A DNA stretch of 64,000 nucleotides from the human T2T-CHM13v2.0 reference genome, Homo sapiens: NCBI RefSeq assembly GCF_009914755.1, contig NC_060947.1; one strand, given 5' to 3'. Under the pieces are notes generated by a model that was not told the DNA's origin, ran no database searches, and was given only the letters and a program-made list of their open reading frames with translations. The translations under genes and the position numbers were made by a program. Positions 44,106 to 60,342 of this stretch are shown here, one piece after another. The stretch's first letter is position 1. Every line of letters begins with the position of its first letter.

Positions 44106-44890
44106 GGCCGGTACTCAAGATGGCAGCTCCGCGTCGCCAGTGACTAGTAGGCGAGGCGCCGCGGGACCAAGGCCGCGGCCGACTAGCGGCATCTGGAGGA
44201 TGGAGAAGAGGAGGAAGAGGAGGAGCAGTTGGTTCTAGTGGAATTATCAGGAATTATTGATTCAGACTTTCTCTCAAATGTGAAAATAAATGCAAGGTTT
44301 TGGGCATTGACACTGAGAGGCCCATTCTGCAAGTGGACAGCTGTGTCTTTGCTGGGGAGTATGAAGACACTCTTGGGACCTGTGTTATATTTGAAGAAAA
44401 TGTTGAACATGCTGATACAGAAGGCAATAATAAAACAGTGTTAAAATATAAATGTCATACAATGAAGAAGCTCAGCATGACAAGAACTCTTCTGACAGAG
44501 AAGAAGGAAGGAGAAGAAAACATAGGTGGGATGGAATGGTTGCAAATAAAGGATAATGATTTCTCCTATCGACCCAACATGATTTGTAGCTTTCTACATG
44601 AAAATGAAGACGAAGAAGTGGTAGCTTCAGCCCCAGATAAATCTTTGGAATTGGAAGAGGAAAAGATTCAAATGAACGAGAGTTCAAACCTGAGTTGTGA
44701 ACAGGAGAAACCAATGCACTTGGAAATAGAAGATTCTGGTCCTCTTATTGATATACCTTCTGAGAAAGTTCTGTTTTTATGGAAACTCAAATGCTGCCTT
44801 AGAAATCACTCCTAGATGAAATGTTTCCCATAATAACTTGTCAAGAACTTTTTAGAGTTCTTACATAAAAATAATTGCTGTGTAGCTTTC
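44106..44890 (+). pseudogene. GTF3C6P2: GTF3C6 (TFIIIC35) processed pseudogene; CDS remnant 44169-44802
   Basis: Intronless match to GTF3C6 (LVLVELSGIIDSDFLS, GIDTERPILQVDSCVFAGEYEDTLGTCVIFEE). Lesions: ATG>AAG, TAG at 44184, and two frameshifts. The pseudogene number is from memory. Confidence 0.9.
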
Positions 44891-44954
44891 AGTCTTTTAA
44901 TGTTTTATTGCATTTTACTGGCTATACACACATATCCAGTCATAACACAACTTA

Positions 44955-45326
<372 letters not shown>

Positions 45327-45868
45327 TTAGGGACCCTTCTGAGTCCTTTAAATTCGAGGTTTTATTAAGTTAAGTATATAAGTTTTCCTTTGAGGCTGTT
45401 ACAAATTACTTCAAACTCAGTGAGTTAACACAAATGTATTGTCTTATAGTTTTGTAGGTGAAAAGTGTGACAACGGGTCTTACCTGGCCTAAATTCAAAG
45501 TGCTGGCAGGAATGCATTCCTTTATGGAGTTTTTGGGGTTGGGGGCAAATCCATTTCCTTGTTTATTCAGTTGTTGGCAGAATTCAGTTCTTTGCAGTTG
45601 AAGGATCAAAGTCTCCTTTCCTTGCTGTCTGTTAGCTGAGGGTCATTTCTAGCTTCTGAAGGCTGCCTTCATTCCTTGGCTCATGATCCCCTTTTCTTCA
45701 GAGCCTGCAATAGTGGGTGAAGTCCCTCTCCCATTTTGAATCATTCCTGTTACTTCTTCCATCATCCCTCTCTCTGACCTACCCTGCTGTCTTCCATTCC
45801 TACTGTTAAATGTCTATTTGATTACTCTGGGCCCACGTGGATAATCTCCCTATTTTAAGATCGATAAC

Positions 45869-46559
<691 letters not shown>

Positions 46560-46994
46560 TTAGGGCATGGAAGTCTTTGGGGCCTATTTTTAGTCTACTA
46601 CAATAAGTATTTTATCTAGGAACAGAAAAAGAATTTTGAAGTGCTTAAGGATAAAGGAACAATTCCAAATATTCCAGATGTAATTTTGCTCCTTTCCCAC
46701 TTGAGAAAGATTATTGAAATTCAGCTGTATTAGTCATTTTATCATGGCAGTAAACTAAATCTGTGCTAGTTTATATTTTTTAAGTAAATTATTCACACCC
46801 TTTGATACTTTGTTACAGGTTGACCTGTGTAAAATTGCCAATATTTTATTGTTTCCGACTACAAAAAACAGCAATTTCCTATAGTTTAACCTAGCACCAG
46901 TAAGTTAAAATATACCTCATGTTAATTACATCTCACAATTGATGGAGATAAAACTATTTTAACAGATTAGAGAGCTAACGTTCTAGGATGAATA

Positions 46995-47282
<288 letters not shown>

Positions 47283-47361
47283 AAAGAATTTTTTTCTTTC
47301 AAAAGTTTTGTATTTCATTGGAAAATGACTTACCTTGATAAAAAGCATTTTAAAATCATAA

Positions 47362-47592
<231 letters not shown>

Positions 47593-48261
47593 TAGTCTCA
47601 GCTTTTAATAAAAAGCTTATTGTTTCCCCCTTATGTATGTATAGGAGAGCATGCTAATTGCCTGACCCAATGATCTGTTCTCCCTTTTTTGCTTTGTATC
47701 AGAATCCCATAATTTATTCAGGTTAGCAATGTGCCTAGCTTTCCTTGCAGATACATGTGGTCATATGACTAAGTTCTGGAATTGACATGGAATAAGAAGT
47801 GCTGAGTGATGGGAAAAAAAAGAAAAAAGAAAATAACAAGTGCTTAGTGGTGCTTCTGGGAAGTTTCTTTAAACTTAAAGGCTTAAGGGGAAGCAGGTGG
47901 GCTCATCTTCTGTTCCTGCTAGAACATGGATGTGGTAGCTAGAGCTCCAGCAGGATTCTTGGACTTCAAAGTAACCTTGGAAATAGAAGCCATGAATGGC
48001 AGAGCAGCAATATAGGAGACTGGGTCCTGATACTGTGAGATTACCCTGGACTGCTATGAGTAAAGGGTTAATAAAACCTTTTCTTTCTCCCTGGTGAAAT
48101 GACCTCGAGTTTGGCTTTCAACACTGTTTCTCTGGAAACCTACTAGGCAAGGTAATAATGGAATGTCAGCTGTAATATTAGGCAATATTATTTATGATTA
48201 AAAATGAGCCCTTAGCTGGGCGCATTGGCAAAAATAAATAAATAAATAAATAAGGAGAATG

Positions 48262-48508
48262 CAGTAGTCCTCCCTTAGGCATGGTTTCACTTTACGTGAT
48301 TTCAGTTACCAGTGGTCAACTGTGGTCAGAAAATGTTAAATAAAAAATTCTAGAAATAAACCATGTATAAGTTTTAAATTGTGCACCATTCTGAGTAGTG
48401 TGATGAAATCTTACACAGTTCAGCTCTGCCCCACCCAGGATGTGAATCATCCCTTTGTCTAACAACACCCACGCTGTATATGCTACCCTCCAACCCATAA
48501 GTCACTTA
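48262..48508. mobile_element. MER44-like Tigger derivative (partial)
   Basis: CAGTAGTCCTCCCTTA...TTTCAGTTACC..GGTCAAC start. Confidence 0.75.
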
Positions 48509-48509
48509 T

Positions 48510-52025
<3,516 letters not shown>

Positions 52026-52462
52026 AAAGACCAACGCACACAAATAAGTTTTGATTCCCAACCTCTTTTCCTACAACTGCCAGCTCAGTAACCATATAAT
52101 ATGACCCCCAATTTATGTTAGGCAACAGTTTTACCAAATCTGTTCTAACTGCTTAATATGGCTGGCCATCTTTTCAGCCTTCACCGTATGTTTCCTCATT
52201 GTTGCCTGCCTGCTAAGCCAGTGCCACATTTTAAGGTTTCAGTTATTGTCCAATCTACCTTCTATGTTAGTGAGGTTGTTAGTTAGGCTGTTTAAAAGCA
52301 ACCTTGAAATCTTAGGGGCTTGCCATAATTAAGGTTTATTTCTCATTCAGAAACGGAGGAAGGGAAGGATACAGGGAGAGGGGAGAGGGAAGAGGATGAA
52401 AGAGAGAATACTGTCTTCTCACTACTCATAGATTCTTTTAAGATACCCAGTTTATTAAAATC

Positions 52463-54272
52463 AAAGTTACACTCAGAATTAATGTACCTGAATTCCTAGT
52501 GCTAAGTATGTCTGATGGGAGAAAGAGTATTTACAGAGATGTACAAAGCTCCATTTCTGCCATGAGAATACACATACTGGTCTTGCCACTGATATATTAA
52601 GGTGGTGACAAGACATTCTGCTTGTGTGTAGCACTGCCCTTCACACAAAATTAATAAAAAATACATTTCAAGGAAGAGTGTAAAAAGAAAAGATGGTGAA
52701 AGCATCCTGAATTCATGGAGGCAGAGGAGAAAAATGTAGTAGAATTATTATATCTTAAGTGGTCTTTATTCAGTCATCCTGTTGAAATTATTACTTATTC
52801 AAGTCTCATTTCAAATTCTACCTTTTCTAGGAAATCAACTGAATATTATGTTCTTCTTCCTTTACCATACCCCTACCCCCTCACTTTGTATCTGTTCAAG
52901 GCAGAGGTGCCATTAATATTTATACCTCCTACACTGAGATACACAATGACTTGGCATATAGTAGATGCTTTGTATTTAGAGTCACAGCTACTGTGCTGTT
53001 TCAACTGGCATCTAAAAGAACATCTTCCAATTATATAGCACTCAGTTTTCAAAATGCCCATATATATTACCCACAATACCCTGGGATGGAACAAATAATT
53101 AAAAACTCAAGAAGGTTAAGTTACCTCTCAAAGGCCAAAGCTAATGAATTTCTACTATGACCTGTATCTTTAGATTCCCATACAAGAGTGCTTTTTCTGT
53201 TACAGTACACCTGTTTGCCAAATGCTGTGCAATTTTTTAATAAAAAGTATTATGCTGAGCTAATAACTGGCATTGCAGCAAATACTATTTGTTGTCCCTT
53301 CAAACACTGAAGTGCTTAGAATGTGGCTGGCCTATCTGAATCCCATCTGGCAAAGTTTAACTGGTGAAATACCATCAGTTTATCTTATCCATGAGGTGGC
53401 CATTGAGATGGGCCCCAAAAAAAGCATTAGAGTAAGACTCCAGTGTACGGTGTTTGTTTTTTGGTCAGTAACAGAAATAAAATTACTTTGGAGAAAAATC
53501 CGTCCTTCTCACAAACAATATATATTCTGCTATTTGGAAGTGATTTAAATTATGTTACATATTTCATCTGGGGAGTCTCTCCAACTTGAGGAAATTCACT
53601 TGGGCACAAAATGTACATAAGTAGGATTAGTGAGAAATCTAATTTTGCAGATGTATTGAGTGTATTTCAAATCTGGATTTACATATAGAAAAGGAAGTTT
53701 GGGAAGTGGAGCTCTGAGAATGTTAACCATCACATACATGTGCTTTCCTAACAGCAGCTGAATACTTGCTCAATTCTAATTTTAGTACCCTAATCAAACC
53801 TACAAGAAGTTCTTCAGAATCAAGAGACAAAGGTGTGACAAAAAATCTATTTTGTCTGTAAAGGGGAACAAAGATGAGCAAGTGGCTAATAAACAGTGGA
53901 AAGACATAAAATACCTTTCAATTAACTGCACTGGGAACAACCAAGTGTCTCTGTTGAGGTTAAGAGACGCTAAAAGTGAACCTCACAAACAGAGATATCT
54001 TTGTGTTGCTGCCGCATCTCTGGCAGAACAAGGGCATTCACTTTTCAAGTAGGTGAAGTGGAACATTATACTCAAGAACACAAGAGATGACCTCACCAAT
54101 CAACCAATGCCACCAAGATTTCCCAAAGAATTAAAGAAAAAGAGGAAGTAAATGAAACAACCTTGCTCAGTAAATCAGATTCTATTCTAGAAGACGAAAC
54201 AGGAAGAAGGCACCTTAATTGGAATTCAAAGGCATCTTTTGGCATCTCAGCATCTGATACTCTTCAGATATG
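52463..54272 (+). pseudogene. Decayed AKAP1-like KH-Tudor(-Tudor) coding remnant, copy B
   Basis: KH: VTLRINVPEFLVLSMSDGRKSIYRDVQSSISAMRIHILVLP. Tudor: EEKNVVELLYLKW, LQQILFVVPSNTEVL, IWQSLTGEIPSVYLIHEVAIEMG. Second Tudor-like: GFTYRKGSLGSGALRMLTITYMCFPN. Interrupted by L2/MIR-like sequence at about 52770-53260. Confidence 0.7.
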
Positions 54273-54310
54273 AGAGGGATGGATGAAAGTAATTAATAAA
54301 AATATTTTTA

Positions 54311-54590
54311 GGCCGAGTGTGGTGGCTCATGCTTGTAATCCTCACACTTTGGGAGGCCGAGGCGGTGGATCACTTGAAGCCAAGAGTTCGAGACCAGCCT
54401 GGCCAACACCATGAAACCCTGTCTCTACCAAAAAATACAAAAATTAGCCGGGTATGGTGGTGCGTGCCTGTAGTCCCAGCTACTCGGGAGGCAGAATCAC
54501 TTGAACCGGAAGGCAGAGGTTGCAGTGAGCCGAGATCATGCCACTGCACTCCAGCCTGGGTGACAGAGTGAGGCTCTGTCTCAAAAAATA
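54311..54590 (+). mobile_element. Alu
   Basis: Dimer with a small internal deletion. Confidence 0.85.
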
Positions 54591-55073
54591 CATATAATAT
54601 ATGTATTTTTAAAAAATCTTTCTTGTCTGCACCAAAGCGTCTTAAAAAAATCCTACTCCAAAAAATCTAATTAAAAGCAATACCCTCAGACAATAAATAT
54701 TAACACTGGGTAAATATAAAGTATGATTATTACATATCACACAAAACTACTTCTCTAAAATGATCCTATGACATTTTATGCAAGAGTTAGTCAAATCATG
54801 AGAGACAACTAAGAATGTTTTGCACCAAAAAAATAAGGTGTTCATAGCCATTCAGCTTAGTACTAATGGGATTTTATTTTGGAAATATTACAAAATCCCT
54901 ATGGTGCTTATAGTTACTCTAAGGAGTAACTCTGCCCTAAATAGCAGCCTAAATGTTGTGAGCAGCTATTAAATAATTATCCAGTTCTATTCCTTAAGAG
55001 ACTGCAATAATTGTGGAAGAAATATATTTTAGTCTTGAAGCTTTGGGATACTTTATGAAAGAAGTAAAATGCC

Positions 55074-55615
55074 ATGAAAATACTCAGTGAACTTTCAAAT
55101 AATTACAAGTATAAGATTTTTCCATTGCCCGTTCCTTTATTGGGGTGTTGGATAAATATTACCAGACATGATTATGGTTTGGTATATGAAGAAACAGAAA
55201 ATGCCTATCCCTCACCCCATGTTGCCTCTCTAAGAGAAGTAGCACCATATACTTAAAACTAGTAACGAATTGGTTCAGATGCATTGCCAATTCTGTCATA
55301 AGTGGTCCCAGAAGAACTGGAGTTGCTGCAGTTTCAATGACTACCAACTCAGAAGACAGATGTGTGACTGCAGCATTGCCATCAAGTCAACCTCAAAATA
55401 ATGTTGTAAATTTTTACAAAGAGAATAACAAGAGGGGAAACTGGTATTTGACTATAGTTACTACTAATTCCCAATTATCTAGACTGATCGGGAGGAAAAA
55501 AGGCATAGTTAATGTTAAACAAAGGAGGGAAATATCAAATGTAAAAACTGGTCATTACCTACACATGTTCAGACACTCCTTAATTCAATTATCTAGTACT
55601 TTGACACCTTTCTAG
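55074..55615 (+). pseudogene. Decayed AKAP1-like N-terminus plus KH remnant, copy C
   Basis: KIFPLPVPLLGCW (AKAP1 N-terminal anchor-like), CIANSVISG (RII-helix-like), LSRLIGRKKGIVNVKQRREIS (KH-like). One frameshift links ORF 55074-55256 to an open frame at 55190-55615. Confidence 0.45.
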
Positions 55616-55769
55616 TTCAGTCCCATCACTTATCTAACCCATCACATAAGTTAGAGAAAGAAAGGGGCCTAGTTCTCTGTAACTTATTCATGGATATTGA
55701 AAAGTTGACTGGACTTTTATGTAATATTTTAACATATTTAAAGTGTAATGTTTCATTTCCAAATCACGC

Positions 55770-56048
55770 TTTTTTATTAGACACAGTCTCACTGTCACCA
55801 AGGCTAGGGTGTAGTGATGCAATCATGGCTCACTGAAGCCTCGAACTCCCAAGCTCAAACCTCCTACCTCAGTATCCCAAGTAGCTGGAACCACAGGTGT
55901 GTGCTACTACACCCAGCTATTTTTTTTTTAAGAGATGAGGTCTCACTTTGTTGCCCAGGCTGGTTTCGAATCCCTGGGCTCAAGCGATCCATCCACCTTG
56001 GCCTCCTGAAGTGCTGGGATTGCAGGCATGAGAGACAGTGCCCAGCCT
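55770..56048 (-). mobile_element. Alu (AluJ), antisense
   Basis: Alu reverse complement. Confidence 0.85.
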
Positions 56049-57954
56049 CCAAATCACTTTTAAAGAGCCAACTTTTTAGTTAAATATATGATCTTCTTAG
56101 TGCAACAGTTGTCATGTTTTATGATGGAAAAAAATGTGTACTAAAATTAAAGATATTGAATTATCAAAACATTTCCCAGAATCCTTTTAAAATAAAGATT
56201 TGATTATATACAAGTTGAAGATTTCTCTTTAGTAAAAAACTATAATATTTGTATTGTTAAAATAACACATCTATTACTTTTTCTATAACGATTATTTGAG
56301 TAGAAATAAATGGATTCATTGAGCTTACTCAAAAAACTTTTCAGTCCACAGATCATTTCAGCATACATGATCCAATTAACTACTAAAAAACAAAATAAAA
56401 CAACAAAAAACAACCTCTCTTAAGACAGCATAATTAAACCCTGCCACTCTCAATTTCTTCATCTTGTCATTTCCTGATATGAAAAAGAAAGTCTCCTTGG
56501 GTGGGAATGGCAAAAAGGAGCCCACAGTCAAGAAATACCAGGCTTTTTTTCTCATTCTTTTTCATGGCCTCCTTTGTCTCAGTTGAGAACCAATATGAAA
56601 TCTCATCGCCTCTCCAGCTCAAATGAATTTTTAGCAAAAAAGTAACTCCAAGTAATCATTACTCTTCATTGTTTTACTCTTTTTATCCTGTGTTTACTTA
56701 GAACTTTCCCCAGATACCTAGAACTTATATCCTATCCAAAGTACTATCATACTTTGATAACCTTTGTCCTCTACTATTAGGTACATGACTAAGATTTGTT
56801 TTTATATTTAGTGATCCTACATTACAATTGTTTTAAGAGCATACCAGAAGAAAGAACACCATTCTGATAATAAGGAAGTCTGGATCCTGGTCCTAGCTCT
56901 GCCATTAATTAGCTGTGTGTTCTTAAAGAAGTCATTCAACCTCTCTGAGCCACAGTTTCTCCATTTAAATAAAGTAAGTCCCTTTTCAATGCTAACAATC
57001 TTAATTTTATTAAGGAAACACTGGCTGAAAGCCTTGAGATTTCATTTATGACAAAGAGAATCCCTGCCAAGAGAAAAAAATCACTATAATTTTTCTCTAC
57101 AGCCCAAATTACTTTTTGACACCTTCCTCAACTCTACCCGAGAAGCACTGATCACTGTAGAAAAATATGCGACAGGAAGACAACTAAGTCAAGCATTGTT
57201 TAATCTCATTCCTGAGTGTTTTCTAGTTACTGACACTCTCACATCTCAGCAGTTCTTATAACCTGTCTAGGTAAGTGGTTTTTGGTGATAAACTACCTGG
57301 AACTACCTTCTCTAGATCCAATTTAATAGCTACCTTTTGAATCACATGACCCTTCTTTTCTCTTACCTGACCACACAAACATAGTAAATTCTGATAATCA
57401 GTAACCAGTTCTGCCACTACCATTTACTGACATTGCTTCTTTTAATCCTTACAAAACCCCTAAAAGATAGATATTATCCCTCATTTTAAAAATGAAGATA
57501 CAGACTCAGAGAGATTAAGTAACAATTAAGGTCACACAACAATTAAGTGGTAATGCCTTGACTTGAACCCGTATCTATCTGACTTAGAAACTCTCCCCAT
57601 CAGGCAGTTTTAAAAAATATTAAAGCGATATAGAATTTAACCTCCCTCTGATAATTCAAAATAGTTTCAAAATTGATAGAATATTTTTTCCTTAACACAG
57701 GAGAGAAGGAAGTAAAGATGAATGATGATATAGGTATGTCTGGAAGGGAAAGAAGCTGAAGAAGTTCATGGTTGATGACCTCTATTAATGCAGAAAATGA
57801 AAAATCTAGCATGCCAAATAATAAAATTTGTATTATTTTAAGGCCACATCTTTAAAAGTAGTTAACTCTGGTTAACTAGCTCCCATTTGTCTTAATTCCT
57901 TAGGCTTCATTATATTCCATATTTAGGCAAAGTCTATAAAAATGATTTCCACCC

Positions 57955-60110
57955 CCCAATTTTTAAGTCTATAGGAAAGTTGAGAGAATAGTAAAAACCA
58001 CACACTTGTATGCCTTTTACCTAGATTAACCCACTGTTAACATTTTGCCACAAATTGCTAAATCTTCCTCTTTGCAAATTTTTGCTGAAAGTAAACCACA
58101 GACATGAGAATTCTCTAAATAACATAGCCTGAATCTTCTAAGAATAAGGATCTTTTCCTACATAATCAATAACTATCACATCTAGTAAAATAAACAATTC
58201 CTTAATATCATTTAATATACAGTCCATATTCAATCCCCCAATATTCTAAACAATATCTTTTTAGTTTTGATCAGTACCTAATCAAGGGTAACAAGGTAGA
58301 CTTGAATGTTATGCCTTTTTTAATCTAAGACTATCCACTTATTTTTGTTTGCTTGCTTCGAATTTTTTTTCTCATAACGAACTTTTTGAAGAGTCCAAGC
58401 CAATTATCTTCCAGAATGTCTCACACATAGAATGTCTGATTATTTTCCTGAGATTAGATTCAAGTTAAACATTTTGGGTAAGAATACTACATCATCTTTC
58501 AGAATGTCTCACATGTGGAATATCTGATTATTTTCTTATGATTAGATTCAAATTAAACATTTTTGATAAGACTACTACATAAATGGTATTGTATACTTCT
58601 TATCATGTCAGATCAAGAGGCACATAAAGTCCAGTTATTCTACTATTGGAGAGGCTAAGTTTGATCACTTCATTAAAGTGGTACAAGTTAGATAGCTGTT
58701 GTAAAGGCACATTTTGTCCTTTGTAACTATTCAGTAATCTATGGAGTGATATTTTTGAGACCACATAAATATCCTATTCTCCAGCGATCTTAAACTCAAT
58801 GGTTTTAGCATTCATTGATGATCCTTGCCTGAATCAATGATTGTGCTGGGGTTGCAAAATGGCTCTTTTCCTCATTGAAGTGTACAATTAAAATGGGTGA
58901 ACTTTATGGTATGTAAATTATGCCTCAATAAAACTGTTTTGAAAAAATTAACTCAGCAACTTACAGACTGTATTTGGTACATTTTCTGCTAGCATATTTT
59001 TCTGCCAAGAAATGACAGTTTGAACATTTTACGAATGAGGCAGGTGTTCAAGATGAGAGTGAGCTTAATGAAAGTGTTCTGTTGAAAGTTTTATTAATAG
59101 CAGTTTTCTAATTTTATCATTCCTTCTTTCAATAATTAGCTGGCATGCTTCTGTAGACTTTCTCCTGTACCTCCTTTTTTTTGGAGTATCATTATAGATT
59201 CATGAGATTTTATTTTCCCTCAATCTATTATAATCTGTTACTACTACTATTCTTTTTGATGTTCAAACCATCCTAATGTGGCCAGTGGGAGTCCCTTCAA
59301 GCACAATCTTGTGCCCTGATATAACCTTATTAGTCACTGAACAATGATTGCTTTCTTGCACAAGAAGTCTCAAGCTCACTCTGTACTTTCCCAGCCTGAG
59401 GCATGAGATTAGACAGTTCCCCAAGAAGACTTGGTTCCTTTTAGTGTGAATGGCATTTAGAAACCAAGATCTAGGTTCTAGGTGTGCTCATTGCCACTGG
59501 GGTATGTCTGTCATTGCTTCTAGGCCATTTCTGTGTATAGAACAAAGGAACAGGAATTCATTACTCATATCTTAAATTCAAATTTATAATGCAAATAGAA
59601 AAGAAGAGGAAAAATAACTTGTATCTCTTTGACTTTCAATGAAAATCTTGACTTCTATTATCACTAATATGCTTTACTTTATTTCTCAATATATATGAAA
59701 TGGTAGTAATACTGGTATTATAATTCTGAAACTAATAATAAACCTATTAAGAGAAAGTTTAAAATTTCCCTGATGTTCCTTATATCCTTAAGATGACCTC
59801 CTAGAAGGATGCATCATCAAGAACACTATGTTCAAAAGTTATCTGAACTGGGCGATTGTTATAAATTAGTTATGTAGGTTTGTTTAGTTTCAGTATGTAT
59901 TCAATTTTAGTATTTGTCTTCCTTCTCATTATTTTTGACTTAATTCTAATTTTTTGGTATGTAAAACATTTATATGGCCCCCAAGTCAAAACTGTGTAAA
60001 AAGGCATATTCATAGAAGTCTTGCTTCTATCCCAATTCTATGTGCCCCATTCCTATCCATCCTCTATTTTCATTAATTTCTAGTTTATCCCATGTGTACT
60101 TCATTTAAAA
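57955..60110 (-). mobile_element. Old L1M 3' region, antisense (L1MC4/5-like)
   Basis: Same family motifs as 2160-4660 (GGCCAGTGGGAG.CCCTTCAA, GGTTCCTTTTAG, AGAAACCAAG). Confidence 0.65.
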
Positions 60111-60275
60111 AAATAAGGAATTACAGTTTTTCAGAACTATAATACACATACTGTGCGTTAAGCAACACCCATACAACAGCTTTTATATGAGTTTGGTCAT
60201 GGAGCATACAACTGACATGTATCACGTTTTCTACTTGCAATAAATACACAGAGTGGCATACAAGCAAACTCCCAC

Positions 60276-60342
60276 CTGAATTCCGATCAATCCACTGCAG
60301 GGAGTCCATATGGGCATTCAGAATTCTGCAGATCTGGTGGAG
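60276..60342 (-). CDS. NUP62CL: NUP62CL penultimate exon (67 nt): LHQICRILNAHMDSLQWIDRNS in the NUP62 frame; STRSAEF* (TGA 60318-60320) in the skipping frame
   Basis: Acceptor tatttttag|CTC, donor TCAG|gtggga. Near-identical to recalled NUP62 LQQICKILNAHMDSLQWIDQNS. Confidence 0.9.

Noticed and set aside
44300-44815. 171-aa ORF as a functional GTF3C6 retrogene
   Set aside because: Starts at TTG after a frameshift; the true ATG is mutated, with an upstream stop and a frameshifted C-terminus.
53420-53620. PLAC1/ZP-N-like motif EEIHLGTKC
   Set aside because: The flanking sequence fits the KH-Tudor interpretation far more consistently.
54912-54931. 8-bp perfect hairpin AGTTACTC-TAAG-GAGTAACT
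   Set aside because: Short enough to occur by chance in 64 kb.
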